46,986 bases of DNA from Nitrosopumilus sp. (GTDB lineage Archaea; Thermoproteota; Nitrososphaeria; Nitrososphaerales; Nitrosopumilaceae): assembly GCA_028439805.1 (NCBI GenBank), contig JAMHKW010000001.1:6711-53696 (forward strand), written 5' to 3'. Below the pieces are notes generated by a model. That model was not told the DNA's origin, did not search any database, and was given only the letters and a program-made list of their open reading frames with translations. The position numbers and the translations under genes are program-made. Positions 29,068 to 38,378 of this stretch are shown here, piece by piece; within the stretch, counting starts at the first letter, position 1, and every line of letters starts with the position of its first letter.

Positions 29068-29703
29068 TTGAAAATTCATCCTAAAATGATTGTTGGATTG
29101 CAAGGAATCATTGTGGGTGGAATATCGATTAAGGATTTTTCTGCTGTTACAAAACTAAATCTACTTGACTCTGAAACAATTTTAAATGAATTTATAAAAA
29201 ATAATATTGGAACAAAACAAGATAATTCCTATTATTTTGAGAATGCTGATAAATTAAAAATTGCTGTTGCGTTACTTGAAAAAGGACTTCCTATTGATGA
29301 AATTTCCATTGCGCTGGATTGGAAAGATTTTGAGGGTTTGACTGCAGAAATTTTAACATCAAAAGATTTTGCTGTAATTAAGAACATGATTTTGACTAAA
29401 CCTAGAATGGAGATTGATGTTATTGGTATTAGATTAGGCATTGCAATTTTAATTGATTGTAAACACTGGAAGCGTTATAGTACTTCAACATTAACCACTG
29501 CTGTTAAAAAACAGATTCAAAGAACAAAACATTATGTTGCAAAAACTCCTGGGGCAATAGCTGTGCCTGTAATTGTTACTTTGTATCAAGATAAAGTTGA
29601 TTTTATTGAAAGCGTGCCAATTGTACCTATTTTTCAATTCTCTTCATTTGTAGATGAGTTTTATGGTAATATTGATCAAATGAAGACTATAAGAACAGGC
29701 TAG
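29068..29703 (+). CDS. PD-(D/E)xK restriction endonuclease-like (Mrr_cat-type) protein
   Basis: LDWKDFEGLTAEIL, EIDVIG, LIDCKHW. Confidence 0.75.
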   Translation: MKIHPKMIVGLQGIIVGGISIKDFSAVTKLNLLDSETILNEFIKNNIGTKQDNSYYFENADKLKIAVALLEKGLPIDEISIALDWKDFEGLTAEILTSKDFAVIKNMILTKPRMEIDVIGIRLGIAILIDCKHWKRYSTSTLTTAVKKQIQRTKHYVAKTPGAIAVPVIVTLYQDKVDFIESVPIVPIFQFSSFVDEFYGNIDQMKTIRTG

Positions 29704-31432
29704 TAATGAAAAACAAAACTCCTCCTATGACAAATCCTTTTGTAATTTTTAATGAATTATCAAGTGCCTTTGAATAATCTTCGTAAATACTATGTCCCAT
29801 AACTTTTACCTTGGTTTCATTTTCTAAGATTTCAAATTTTGCTGAAGTTAACTTTGTTTCTGCATTATTTGCAATTTCTAGTAACCATTTTGAAAGTTTG
29901 TCTGCACTTGTAATCAATCCTAACTGATAGTATCCATTTCTATTTCGAGCTTTAACTGGAGCATAATGTGTATCTGATGTACAAATCTCAAGTAATTGAT
30001 GATCTTTTTCTGCAAAGCTTTCAATGATTTTCTCTCTTACGCCATTTTCCATGTTGTTAGCATCTGCCCACCCAAGAAAATATTTTTTATTATTAATTTT
30101 AAAACAAACAATCCCTAATCCCCCCATGCCCAAATCCTCTGTCCATACATCCATATCATCAGAATTTGCATACCCAAATTCAATTGGAAAACTATCTTTA
30201 GTAATTAGAGTGTCTAAACAAGATTTTGCAGCCTTTAACATGTCTTCTCCATCTTCTTTTGAAATTTCTTCTCCCATGGCATTGTGACAATCTACTGTAA
30301 TTGTCCTAGTGTAATTTCGATTCTTTGCATATTGTTCAATTTCTGTTTTCATGTAACTTGGAATATCTTCCATTCCATGTGGAGATAATGATAAAAATAA
30401 CAATGGATTATTCCCAAATAACAATCCTACCACTCTAGCTTTGTTTATTTGAACTGTTACTGGCTCTGTGCATTTTAGCCCCTCTTCTTTGACTTCACTA
30501 TTTTCTAAATTTTTTAAATAATTTTCAACTTCATTTTTTGATGGTAAATTTAATGCATGATCTGATATGCTGTGCATAACCATTGCTGATGAGGCTAAGT
30601 TTTTGTAAATTAGATATGGGATATTACTTCCTCCTACTGGATGATATGGTCCTGGATGTATTTCTGGTAATACCATTCGAAACTCTGTTTTCCCATTTGG
30701 CGATGATAATTTTATTTGAGATGTGAATACTTTGGTTTCATTTGAGCGTTGTTCCATAATTTCTTCGGCTTCTGCAAAATCGTTTCCCTGAGATGCAAGA
30801 TATGCTTGAATAGTTTTATGAGTACTCTCCATACCTGGCCTTCCTGCTCTATCTGTAAGTATTGACCAGACACTTGCAATAATCAAAAAGGATACCCCAT
30901 ATCCTAATGCTATTGGATCACTTAGTATTGAAAACCACATGTCTTGTGGAATCAATACGAAAAACATTGCTAATGGTTGAATAAAACATATGGCCCATGC
31001 TTTTTTAATGCTTACCCCCAAAGTCGTAGTATAGATTCCTATTCTAAAACTTGCAAAAAGAAATATCCCAAAAGTTACAAAAAATAATGATGTTTCTTTA
31101 GATAATACTAAACTTGCTAACAATCCCATCAAAAGTGTAACTTCCCATAACATATTTCCAAAAAGAGATGAATGTAGTGACTTTGAATATTCTTTTTTCT
31201 TTGTAAATCTAGTATCTAGTAGTTGTGTTAATGCTAATACTCCAATTACTATTGGAATTTTATACCAAATCTCATTAGAAATCAAATTATTCAAATATCC
31301 AAAATATATTGTTAGTGAAATTGCTACTGCAGTTGCTAATGATCCTACTAATGAAAAGTAATGTGAACCTGGATTAACTAAAGTAAGGGAAAACCTGTTG
31401 TGTATATTTGCAACATCGTCTGTGGATTGCAT
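29687..31432 (-). CDS. DUF2070-like membrane protein
   Basis: N-terminal TM bundle, then IHPGP, HS..H, VDCHN, DANN, TSDTH motifs. Confidence 0.85.
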   Translation of the reverse strand: MQSTDDVANIHNRFSLTLVNPGSHYFSLVGSLATAVAISLTIYFGYLNNLISNEIWYKIPIVIGVLALTQLLDTRFTKKKEYSKSLHSSLFGNMLWEVTLLMGLLASLVLSKETSLFFVTFGIFLFASFRIGIYTTTLGVSIKKAWAICFIQPLAMFFVLIPQDMWFSILSDPIALGYGVSFLIIASVWSILTDRAGRPGMESTHKTIQAYLASQGNDFAEAEEIMEQRSNETKVFTSQIKLSSPNGKTEFRMVLPEIHPGPYHPVGGSNIPYLIYKNLASSAMVMHSISDHALNLPSKNEVENYLKNLENSEVKEEGLKCTEPVTVQINKARVVGLLFGNNPLLFLSLSPHGMEDIPSYMKTEIEQYAKNRNYTRTITVDCHNAMGEEISKEDGEDMLKAAKSCLDTLITKDSFPIEFGYANSDDMDVWTEDLGMGGLGIVCFKINNKKYFLGWADANNMENGVREKIIESFAEKDHQLLEICTSDTHYAPVKARNRNGYYQLGLITSADKLSKWLLEIANNAETKLTSAKFEILENETKVKVMGHSIYEDYSKALDNSLKITKGFVIGGVLFFITSLFL

Positions 31433-31439
31433 TGTTTCT

Positions 31440-31607
31440 TCACGGAGCTAAAAATATATCTATTGCCCATGAAACTGCAATTAGACTAATAGGAATTGAT
31501 ATTACAATTTTTGGATCAATTTTAAATCCTTTGGTCTCATCTTCAAAGAATCTCATGAGACCTCCACTTGATGCTGGAAGTGGTGCTGATTTTTTCTTAC
31601 TGCTCAT
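31440..31607 (-). CDS. secG: Preprotein translocase subunit Sec61beta (55 aa), not in the ORF track
   Basis: MSSKKKSAPLPASSGGLMRFFEDETKGFKIDPKIVISIPISLIAVSWAIDIFLAP carries the GLMRFF-E..KIDP signature plus one TM. Confidence 0.93.
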   Translation of the reverse strand: MSSKKKSAPLPASSGGLMRFFEDETKGFKIDPKIVISIPISLIAVSWAIDIFLAP

Positions 31608-31642
31608 TATAATTCGAAAACACAGATTTTAACATAAAAACC

Positions 31643-31975
31643 TTATTGTTTATTCTTTATTTTTTCTTTAGTTTCTAATATCAAATTGATCGATTTCAAA
31701 ATCTCTTGTTGTTTTTCATGATTGCTTTCCTGTTCCAGTTCTTTTGATAAATATTCCATCTTTTTTTCCAGAGTTTCTTCTAAAGTTGATTTTGTCATTT
31801 GCTGAGGTATGTCTTTTGGAATCTCTTTTTTTTCTGGTTCTCGCCCACAACTAATACACAATGCATGTCCATCTTTCATCACTCTTACACCTGAACAATA
31901 TGGGCAATGTTCACTAAGTAATGTTGCCCCTTTTAGCAACATTTCGGCAGCTTTTTTTGTGAGATCATTTGACAT
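31643..31975 (-). CDS. Autoantigen p27 / UPF0148 zinc-ribbon protein
   Basis: AEMLLKGATLLSEHCPYC...CISC followed by a coiled coil. Confidence 0.88.
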   Translation of the reverse strand: MSNDLTKKAAEMLLKGATLLSEHCPYCSGVRVMKDGHALCISCGREPEKKEIPKDIPQQMTKSTLEETLEKKMEYLSKELEQESNHEKQQEILKSINLILETKEKIKNKQ

Positions 31976-32079
31976 ATGTTCTCATTAATTTTCTATCTAA
32001 AAAATCCGATTATTTTTAATTTTTGATTAGTATCCAAACAAGGCTTAATAGTGCGTATAATTGAATTTATTTCGAACGA

Positions 32080-32388
32080 ATGGCAGTAATTTGTAATATA
32101 TGTGGTCTTCCAGAAGATTTGTGTGCTTGTGGTGAACTTGCCAAAGACAGTACTAAAATTATAATTCGATTAGAAACTAGACGATTTAAAAAAAAGGGTA
32201 CCATGATTGAAGGATTAGACCCTAAACTAAACAATTTAGAATCTGTTGCTAAAGATCTCAAAAATAAATATGCTTGTGGAGGAACTGCAAAAGAAGGTTA
32301 CATCTTTTTACAAGGTGATCATAGGGATACCATCAAAGATACTTTGGTTGGATTGGGATTTCCTGAAGATAGTATAGAACTACATTAG
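32080..32388 (+). CDS. Translation initiation factor aIF1 / SUI1 (YciH family)
   Basis: CNICGLPEDLCAC, LKNKYACGGT, LQGDHR. Confidence 0.95.
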   Translation: MAVICNICGLPEDLCACGELAKDSTKIIIRLETRRFKKKGTMIEGLDPKLNNLESVAKDLKNKYACGGTAKEGYIFLQGDHRDTIKDTLVGLGFPEDSIELH

Positions 32389-32425
32389 AACAAATTGCAA
32401 AATTCAAATAAAATTCTACAATCAC

Positions 32426-33367
32426 TTGGAATTCCTTTCACTGCACTATCCTCTACTTGTTTCATTTCCAATAGGCATTTTTGTTGTTTTTGAAAGTGAA
32501 ATTGGTGGTGACATAAATTATGAATATCCTCTTACACATTTAGAACTTTTTGATGGGACAGAATTGTATCAAACTCCAATTGATGTTAGCATTGGTGATG
32601 TATTTGTTATATTGTGGACTTTTTATGCTATACTTTTTGTGATTGCAACATCAGGTCCAAAATATAGTTTTTTTAAATCACTTTCATCAATAATTTCTTT
32701 TGGAAAATATGATGTCAAATCAAACTATATGGTTGGCATAACAAAATGGGTCTCTATTTTGATTTTGGTCTCAATATTGATTAATTTTGTTCAAGAGGAA
32801 TTTGGCATTACCACTATCCCTCCTATTGTTGATAATGGTCTTACTCAATTTTTTTATGTTAGTCTTGCACCTTTGATAGAAGAATTTGGATTTCGTTTAA
32901 TCTTAATTGGAATTCCGTTATTTGTAATTTATTCTCATAAATCTTCGGTGACATATTTTATCAAATGTTTGTGGAATCCAAGCATTCTAAACATTCATGA
33001 TTCAAAAAAAGCATTTTCTTTGATTGTTTTTGTTGGAATTATTTTTGGATTTGCACATATTGCTTTAGGTGAACCTTGGAGTGAAGGCAAATTTGCTCAA
33101 GCTACTGCAAGTGGTGTTATTTTAGGATGGGTATATCTTAGATATGGTTTTATTGTTTCTCTTTTGATACATTGGACTACAAATTATTTTGTATTTTCAT
33201 ATGCAAATTTTATTTCACAATTAAATTTTATTTCAATTGAAGATGCATTTTCTCATTCATTGATGTCATCCCTAGAACTATTATTCTTCATTACAGGTGC
33301 ATTATCCATTTCTATGTTAATCGTAAGTAGATATTATTCTAAAAAAGTATCTGATCTAGAGATTTAA
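32426..33367 (+). CDS. CPBP/CAAX intramembrane metalloprotease; 5' end possibly frameshifted
   Basis: APLIEEFGFR, FGFAH, HWTTN motifs; a more natural N-terminus lies in another frame from TTG 32395. Confidence 0.85.
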   Translation: MEFLSLHYPLLVSFPIGIFVVFESEIGGDINYEYPLTHLELFDGTELYQTPIDVSIGDVFVILWTFYAILFVIATSGPKYSFFKSLSSIISFGKYDVKSNYMVGITKWVSILILVSILINFVQEEFGITTIPPIVDNGLTQFFYVSLAPLIEEFGFRLILIGIPLFVIYSHKSSVTYFIKCLWNPSILNIHDSKKAFSLIVFVGIIFGFAHIALGEPWSEGKFAQATASGVILGWVYLRYGFIVSLLIHWTTNYFVFSYANFISQLNFISIEDAFSHSLMSSLELLFFITGALSISMLIVSRYYSKKVSDLEI

Positions 33368-34264
33368 TGCTACTTTCAAGCCTTTGTATCTATTTCTGAT
33401 TGTAACTTCTGTTACTCCTGCTGCTTCTGCTACGTCTCGTTGTGTTTTATTTTCTCCATTTGTTACACATGCAACATACAGTGCAGCAGCTGCTAATCCC
33501 ATTGGATCTTTTCCTGCAGAAATTTTGAGTTCTTCTGCAGTCTGTAAAATTTTTGTTGCTTTTCTTTTTGTTTTTTCAGATAATCCAGCTTTACTAGCAA
33601 TTCTTGAAATACATTTGACTGGATCAACTACTGGCATCCTTAAGTTTAATTCTCTTAATAATAGACGATAACATCTGGCAATATCTTTTCGTTTAATGTT
33701 ACTTGCTTGTCCAATATCTTTTAATGTTCTAGGAGTTTCTGTATCCCTACATGCTGCATATAATGCTGATGCTATTAATGCTGAAATGGAACGACCTCTA
33801 ACAAGTCCTTTCTCAAGTGCTTTTCTGTAAATGTATGCTGCTTTTTCAATAACTGAATCTCCTACTGCCAGTTTGTCTTTTAGTCTGTCTAATTCACTAA
33901 ATGCTTGTCTAAAGTTTCTGTCTACTGGTTCATGAACTTGACTTCTACTATCCCAAGTTCTAAGTCTTTCAATTGTACTTTTCATAGCTGCTGTGAGCGG
34001 TTTTCCAGTTGCATCTCTATTTTGAGGATTGATGACTGTTGCTAATCCCATATCGTGCATGGCAAGCGAAGTTGGAACTCCTGCTCTACTTTTATTTTCA
34101 CCCTCATTTGAAAATGATCTCCATTCAGGTCCTGATTCTTCTACTTTGTCAGTAATTACAAATCCACATTTTCCACAAAAATTCTCACCAGTATTGGCAT
34201 CTGTAACTACTGTCCCCTTTCCACATCTGGGGCATTTGTCTTTCGGATTTACTGTTTTCACCAT
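33356..34264 (-). CDS. tfb: Transcription initiation factor IIB
   Basis: CPRC..CGKCG Zn ribbon, GPEWRSF, HDMGL, two cyclin repeats, VTEVTIRNRY. Confidence 0.98.
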   Translation of the reverse strand: MVKTVNPKDKCPRCGKGTVVTDANTGENFCGKCGFVITDKVEESGPEWRSFSNEGENKSRAGVPTSLAMHDMGLATVINPQNRDATGKPLTAAMKSTIERLRTWDSRSQVHEPVDRNFRQAFSELDRLKDKLAVGDSVIEKAAYIYRKALEKGLVRGRSISALIASALYAACRDTETPRTLKDIGQASNIKRKDIARCYRLLLRELNLRMPVVDPVKCISRIASKAGLSEKTKRKATKILQTAEELKISAGKDPMGLAAAALYVACVTNGENKTQRDVAEAAGVTEVTIRNRYKGLKVALNL

Positions 34265-34376
34265 TTTTTATTCCACAAAACCTTTTATGATAATATTTAA
34301 CATTTTCTAATTCATTACTTATAAGTCTGTTGATCATTTGATACGTAAAATACTCATTTTGTTATTTTTTTATGGA

Positions 34377-35021
34377 TTATTTTTGGTTTGTTTCTAAAAT
34401 TGTTCTAATTTTTTCTGCTATCTGTGGCTTTTCATTTTGTTCTAGTAGAAATTCTAAATCTTCAATATTATCTACATCCCACATGATTCTTTTTATAAAT
34501 ACCATTGCAACATTTAGTGTGTGTTCTTTGGCAGTATTCATATGGATTTTGTAACTATCTTCATCATAATGGGTCTCCATAAGATCTACAGGCATTCTGA
34601 CTAGTGCGTTAGTACCATCAAATCTTCTTGATGGCACAATTATTGCAAAATTTGGTGGGGCTTGATAATTTAACATAAAATCAATATCTTGAGTTTTGAT
34701 ATATGGAATATCCTGAGGAAATACAATTGAGGCATCAAAACCATTTTCTAAAAGATACTTGTCTGCAAGTGCAACTGCGCTATTGACACTTTCTTCTTTT
34801 TCATCAATTATTATAACTGCATTGAATTTTTTTCCAATTTCAATTGCTTTCTCTTCTTTTGTTATTATGATTATTTTTTCAATTTGCGGTGATATTGATA
34901 CTGTATGTAAAATTTCTTCTAACATAATTTTACACAAGTTTTCTATTTGATGTGAAGATAAATCTAAACGAGTCTTTGCATTAGAGAAAGTCTTTACGGG
35001 AATTATTGCAGCTATTTTCAA
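34377..35021 (-). CDS. cofC: 2-phospho-L-lactate/phosphoenolpyruvate guanylyltransferase
   Basis: IIPVK..AKTRL, DIP, DGTNAL, DVDNIEDL; adjacent to cofD. Confidence 0.92.
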   Translation of the reverse strand: MKIAAIIPVKTFSNAKTRLDLSSHQIENLCKIMLEEILHTVSISPQIEKIIIITKEEKAIEIGKKFNAVIIIDEKEESVNSAVALADKYLLENGFDASIVFPQDIPYIKTQDIDFMLNYQAPPNFAIIVPSRRFDGTNALVRMPVDLMETHYDEDSYKIHMNTAKEHTLNVAMVFIKRIMWDVDNIEDLEFLLEQNEKPQIAEKIRTILETNQK

Positions 35022-35022
35022 G

Positions 35023-35943
35023 TTACACGTGAACTTGCTTTAAAATGAAATTTGCTAATGCGTCTTCAGCTAATTTGTTTTTCATAGTAATTTTTGTTTC
35101 AAACACTTTCATATCCAAACTTTCAATTTTCTTTACAAGCATCCTATCTTTAGTATCTACAATAATATTAGAACAAACATCTGAATACATCTTTGCTAAT
35201 CCATATGCATTTGATTCTATTCCTGCAGCTTGCATATATTTTGCTGTAGGTCCACTAATTGCATTATCTCCTATTAATGGACTAACTGCTACTACCTTTT
35301 TCTTTATTTTTGATAATTCTTTTCTGATTCCTTTAATCTGAAGCATTGGACCAATTGATGTTAATGGATTTCCTGGAGCTAAAATAACCATCTCTGCATC
35401 ATGTATTGCATTTACAGCTTCTGGATTTGGACGAGCTTTATCTGCACCAATATATTGAATTCCTTCAACCTTATCTTTTCCTCTATGTTTTACCCAGTAT
35501 TCTTGTAGATGTAAATCTCCTTTTTCTGTAGTTATTCTTGTCTCAATAGTGTTATCTGTAACTGGTATGATATTTGCAGCAACTGCAAATTTCTCACACA
35601 TCCATTTTGTAATGTCGCTTAGATTCTTTCCGTTCTTTAACATGTTTGTTCTAATCAGATGTGTTGCAGCATCTCTATCTCCTATTCTAAACCAAGTTGG
35701 TTCTCCAAAAACTTCCATTTGACGTAAAAAGTTGAATGTGTCCTTTTTAACTCCCCAACCTTTTTCTTGGTCAAGTAAATCTGCTAAGCCATAAACAATA
35801 GTATCGATATCTGGACAGATATACAGCCCATAAAGCCAATAATTGTCTCCAACATTACTAATTACGTTAACTTTTGATTCTTGAGAAACCAGTCCTCTGA
35901 CTAGCTTAACTGAACCTGTCCCTCCTGCTAAAACTGTAATCAT
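35023..35943 (-). CDS. cofD: 2-phospho-L-lactate transferase; start corrected to 35943
   Basis: MITVLAGGTG, NVGDN..GLYICPDIDT, WFRIGDRDAATH, PGNPLTSIGPML, VSPLIG. Confidence 0.95.
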   Translation of the reverse strand: MITVLAGGTGSVKLVRGLVSQESKVNVISNVGDNYWLYGLYICPDIDTIVYGLADLLDQEKGWGVKKDTFNFLRQMEVFGEPTWFRIGDRDAATHLIRTNMLKNGKNLSDITKWMCEKFAVAANIIPVTDNTIETRITTEKGDLHLQEYWVKHRGKDKVEGIQYIGADKARPNPEAVNAIHDAEMVILAPGNPLTSIGPMLQIKGIRKELSKIKKKVVAVSPLIGDNAISGPTAKYMQAAGIESNAYGLAKMYSDVCSNIIVDTKDRMLVKKIESLDMKVFETKITMKNKLAEDALANFILKQVHV

Positions 35944-36044
35944 ACCATTTCTCCTAAAACTGTATAGTCTACCTGCGTTACTCAATATTACTTTTTCAAA
36001 AAATAGCGATCTATTATTCGGATAAGTTTATTACTTTAGTACCC

Positions 36045-37415
36045 ATGCTTTTTTTCGTGTCTAGGGCTATGATTTTGACAGTTTTACTCGCAGGTCTAAT
36101 TATTGTTGGTACTAGTACTACTGCTTGGGCTGCCCAATTAGATGCTAGAATTAACCCTAATAATGAATCATCTCCATTTTCTATGAATTATCAAAAAACT
36201 ATTTTTATTGAATATCCAAACGGTGGAAATCTATTTGATGAATTAGTTGGAAAAGAATGGACTGTATCTGGTGATGCTAATTCTTCAAATCCTGGAGTTC
36301 AAGAACTAATGGATAAACTAAATCAAAGAATTAGTAGTGATGGAAGTCATGCAAAAATTTCAGACTTGAATGTATCTTATGATTTTCATCTCAAAGCAAG
36401 AAACATCAATACATCTGTTGATTATAGAGTAATTCTAGAAGGAACATTAACTGATTATGTAATTACAAAAGATTCTCAAAGATCTTTAGTTGATATGGGT
36501 TGGAGAGGACTATCTGTTGATGGTGAGATTGTAATTGATGATGTAGAAATTAATATTCCAATAAATTTACTTAGAGATCAAGAACCTGAAGTTTATACAT
36601 TCTTTGCTGGAACTGAAGCAGAAGAAGTACTCAGTATGAATCTCATTAATGCAGACTTTATCTTGGAACAACCATTAACAAATTGGCACTTTTTGTTTGA
36701 TCCAACAGGAATCAATGTTGATGCTGGAACATTTGGATTAGATGATGAAATTTCTGGATTTGTAGTATCTAGTTGGACTATGGGTGAAAGTAGTATTAGG
36801 GAAGGTAGGCAAGTTGAAAGAGTCTTTGAAGCAGAAATAATCTCTGATCAAAAATATGTTGTTAGAAGTGTACAATCATCTGATCAAGGTAACTTAGCTA
36901 CTGTTGGTTTTGGTGCATTGGATGTATTAGATGGACTTGAAATTGCTGGTGTCACTCCAACTCCTCCTGAGGGATATGCAACAACTTCAACTGGTGGATT
37001 CCCAATTATGATAGTTTATGGTATGGCCGGACTTGCAGCTGTTGCAGGAATTGGTTTCTTTATCTTTAGTAGTCGATCACTAAAAAATGAAAAACAAGGT
37101 CAACAAGGAATTGATCCTAATAGACTTCAAGGATATGAAACAAGTGCATCATCTGGTGGTTATCAAACCAATAGGGGTGAAGCACAACTAAAAGATGATA
37201 CTGATTATCAGCAAACTCGAAGCGTTTATGAGGAAACTCAACAACAAAATCCTCCCCCAACCACTTCTACTACTCAAGAGGCAGCATGTGGATGTGCAGC
37301 ATCAGCAGAAATGGGTTCAGAATGTGATTGTGCAATGCAAGGTGCATGTCTTTGTGATGCTACTTGTGGTTGTAATGCAGAAATTTGTAAAGAACAAGTC
37401 CGCTCAATGAGTTAG
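36045..37415 (+). CDS. Exported single-pass membrane protein with Cys-rich metallothionein-like C-terminal tail
   Basis: Signal peptide (..AWA|A), acidic ectodomain, TM FPIMIVYGMAGLAAVAGIGFFIF, tail with four CxC motifs plus one Cys. Confidence 0.8.
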   Translation: MLFFVSRAMILTVLLAGLIIVGTSTTAWAAQLDARINPNNESSPFSMNYQKTIFIEYPNGGNLFDELVGKEWTVSGDANSSNPGVQELMDKLNQRISSDGSHAKISDLNVSYDFHLKARNINTSVDYRVILEGTLTDYVITKDSQRSLVDMGWRGLSVDGEIVIDDVEINIPINLLRDQEPEVYTFFAGTEAEEVLSMNLINADFILEQPLTNWHFLFDPTGINVDAGTFGLDDEISGFVVSSWTMGESSIREGRQVERVFEAEIISDQKYVVRSVQSSDQGNLATVGFGALDVLDGLEIAGVTPTPPEGYATTSTGGFPIMIVYGMAGLAAVAGIGFFIFSSRSLKNEKQGQQGIDPNRLQGYETSASSGGYQTNRGEAQLKDDTDYQQTRSVYEETQQQNPPPTTSTTQEAACGCAASAEMGSECDCAMQGACLCDATCGCNAEICKEQVRSMS

Positions 37416-37431
37416 AATTTTTAAAAAAATC

Positions 37432-37715
37432 ATGTGTGCTGGGAGTAACCCTTCTTCTGTTTTCACGATATTTCGCTTTGCAGCCTACCTGAACTTAGTA
37501 CAGGAACTTTGAGTTCTGTTTGGCCTTGCTCCATGTGGGTCGGCTTTTTTCATTCCTTTTATGGAAACCTCAGGTTTTGCCATCACTGTGCGCCATATTG
37601 GATTTTTTTCTGCTCCGTTGCCAATCATCTCTGATTATCCATCTCCGGATCACATTTCCTGTATGGAGGAAGGAGTTTCCTCTGCCGTAGCAGTGTGTCG
37701 TGCTCCAGCTCACAT
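37432..37715 (-). ncRNA. rnpB: RNase P RNA
   Basis: Minus strand carries GAGGAAACTCC (CR-I), GGAGCAAG (CR-IV) and AACAGAAGAAGGGTTAC (CR-V); P1 ATGTGAGCTGGAG/CTCCCAGCACACAT; T-run downstream. Confidence 0.95.
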
Positions 37716-37746
37716 AGAAATTATATTCATTGATTGCATTTGAGTT

Positions 37747-38376
37747 TTACTTTTCAGGTTTTGTGCCTGTTATCAATAAAGTCCCAAACTCTCTTTTCCA
37801 TTTCTTTTTATTTTTCAAATCTTTGATATGTTTTGTTTTCACTTTAAATCCTGTATTTTGAAACAATTTTTTCCATTCTTTTTTTGAATGAAGATGCATC
37901 TGTATTTTCATGATATCTGCCCATCTTACAGTTGCCTTGTTATCTGTGTAAAAGTCTGTTCCACAAAAAAATTCTCCATTAGGTCTCAATAACTTGTATA
38001 TTTTTTCAAGTGCTACTTCAATCGAGTCTGCATAATAAAGTGACTCCATTGAAAAAATAAAATTAAATTTTCCTTTGTAATCCCAAGATTCAACATCAGT
38101 ATGAACGAACATTTCTTTGATATTTTCTTTTTTCTTTTTAGCTTGAATAATCATCTTTTTGCTTTTATCAATTCCTACTGATTTTTTACAATTACTTTCT
38201 TTTGCAATTTTTCTTACTACCCAACCATTACCACATCCAACATCAAGAAATGTAAATGGTTTATCAAATGGTATAACCTGTAAAATTTTTGAGACATTAT
38301 CCCCATGTTCTTTTTCCATTAATTCGGCTCTGCCATTTTGAGCCCATATATCAAACGTCTTCCTAACTCCGTCCAT
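37747..38376 (-). CDS. Class I SAM-dependent methyltransferase
   Basis: FLDVGCGNG motif I, GIDKS..MI, FSMESLYY, LLRPNG. Confidence 0.92.
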   Translation of the reverse strand: MDGVRKTFDIWAQNGRAELMEKEHGDNVSKILQVIPFDKPFTFLDVGCGNGWVVRKIAKESNCKKSVGIDKSKKMIIQAKKKKENIKEMFVHTDVESWDYKGKFNFIFSMESLYYADSIEVALEKIYKLLRPNGEFFCGTDFYTDNKATVRWADIMKIQMHLHSKKEWKKLFQNTGFKVKTKHIKDLKNKKKWKREFGTLLITGTKPEK

Positions 38377-38378
38377 GA

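Noticed and set aside
31408-31632. 74-aa plus-strand ORF
   Set aside because: Antisense shadow of the Sec61beta gene
37561-37743. 60-aa plus-strand ORF
   Set aside because: Antisense to RNase P RNA
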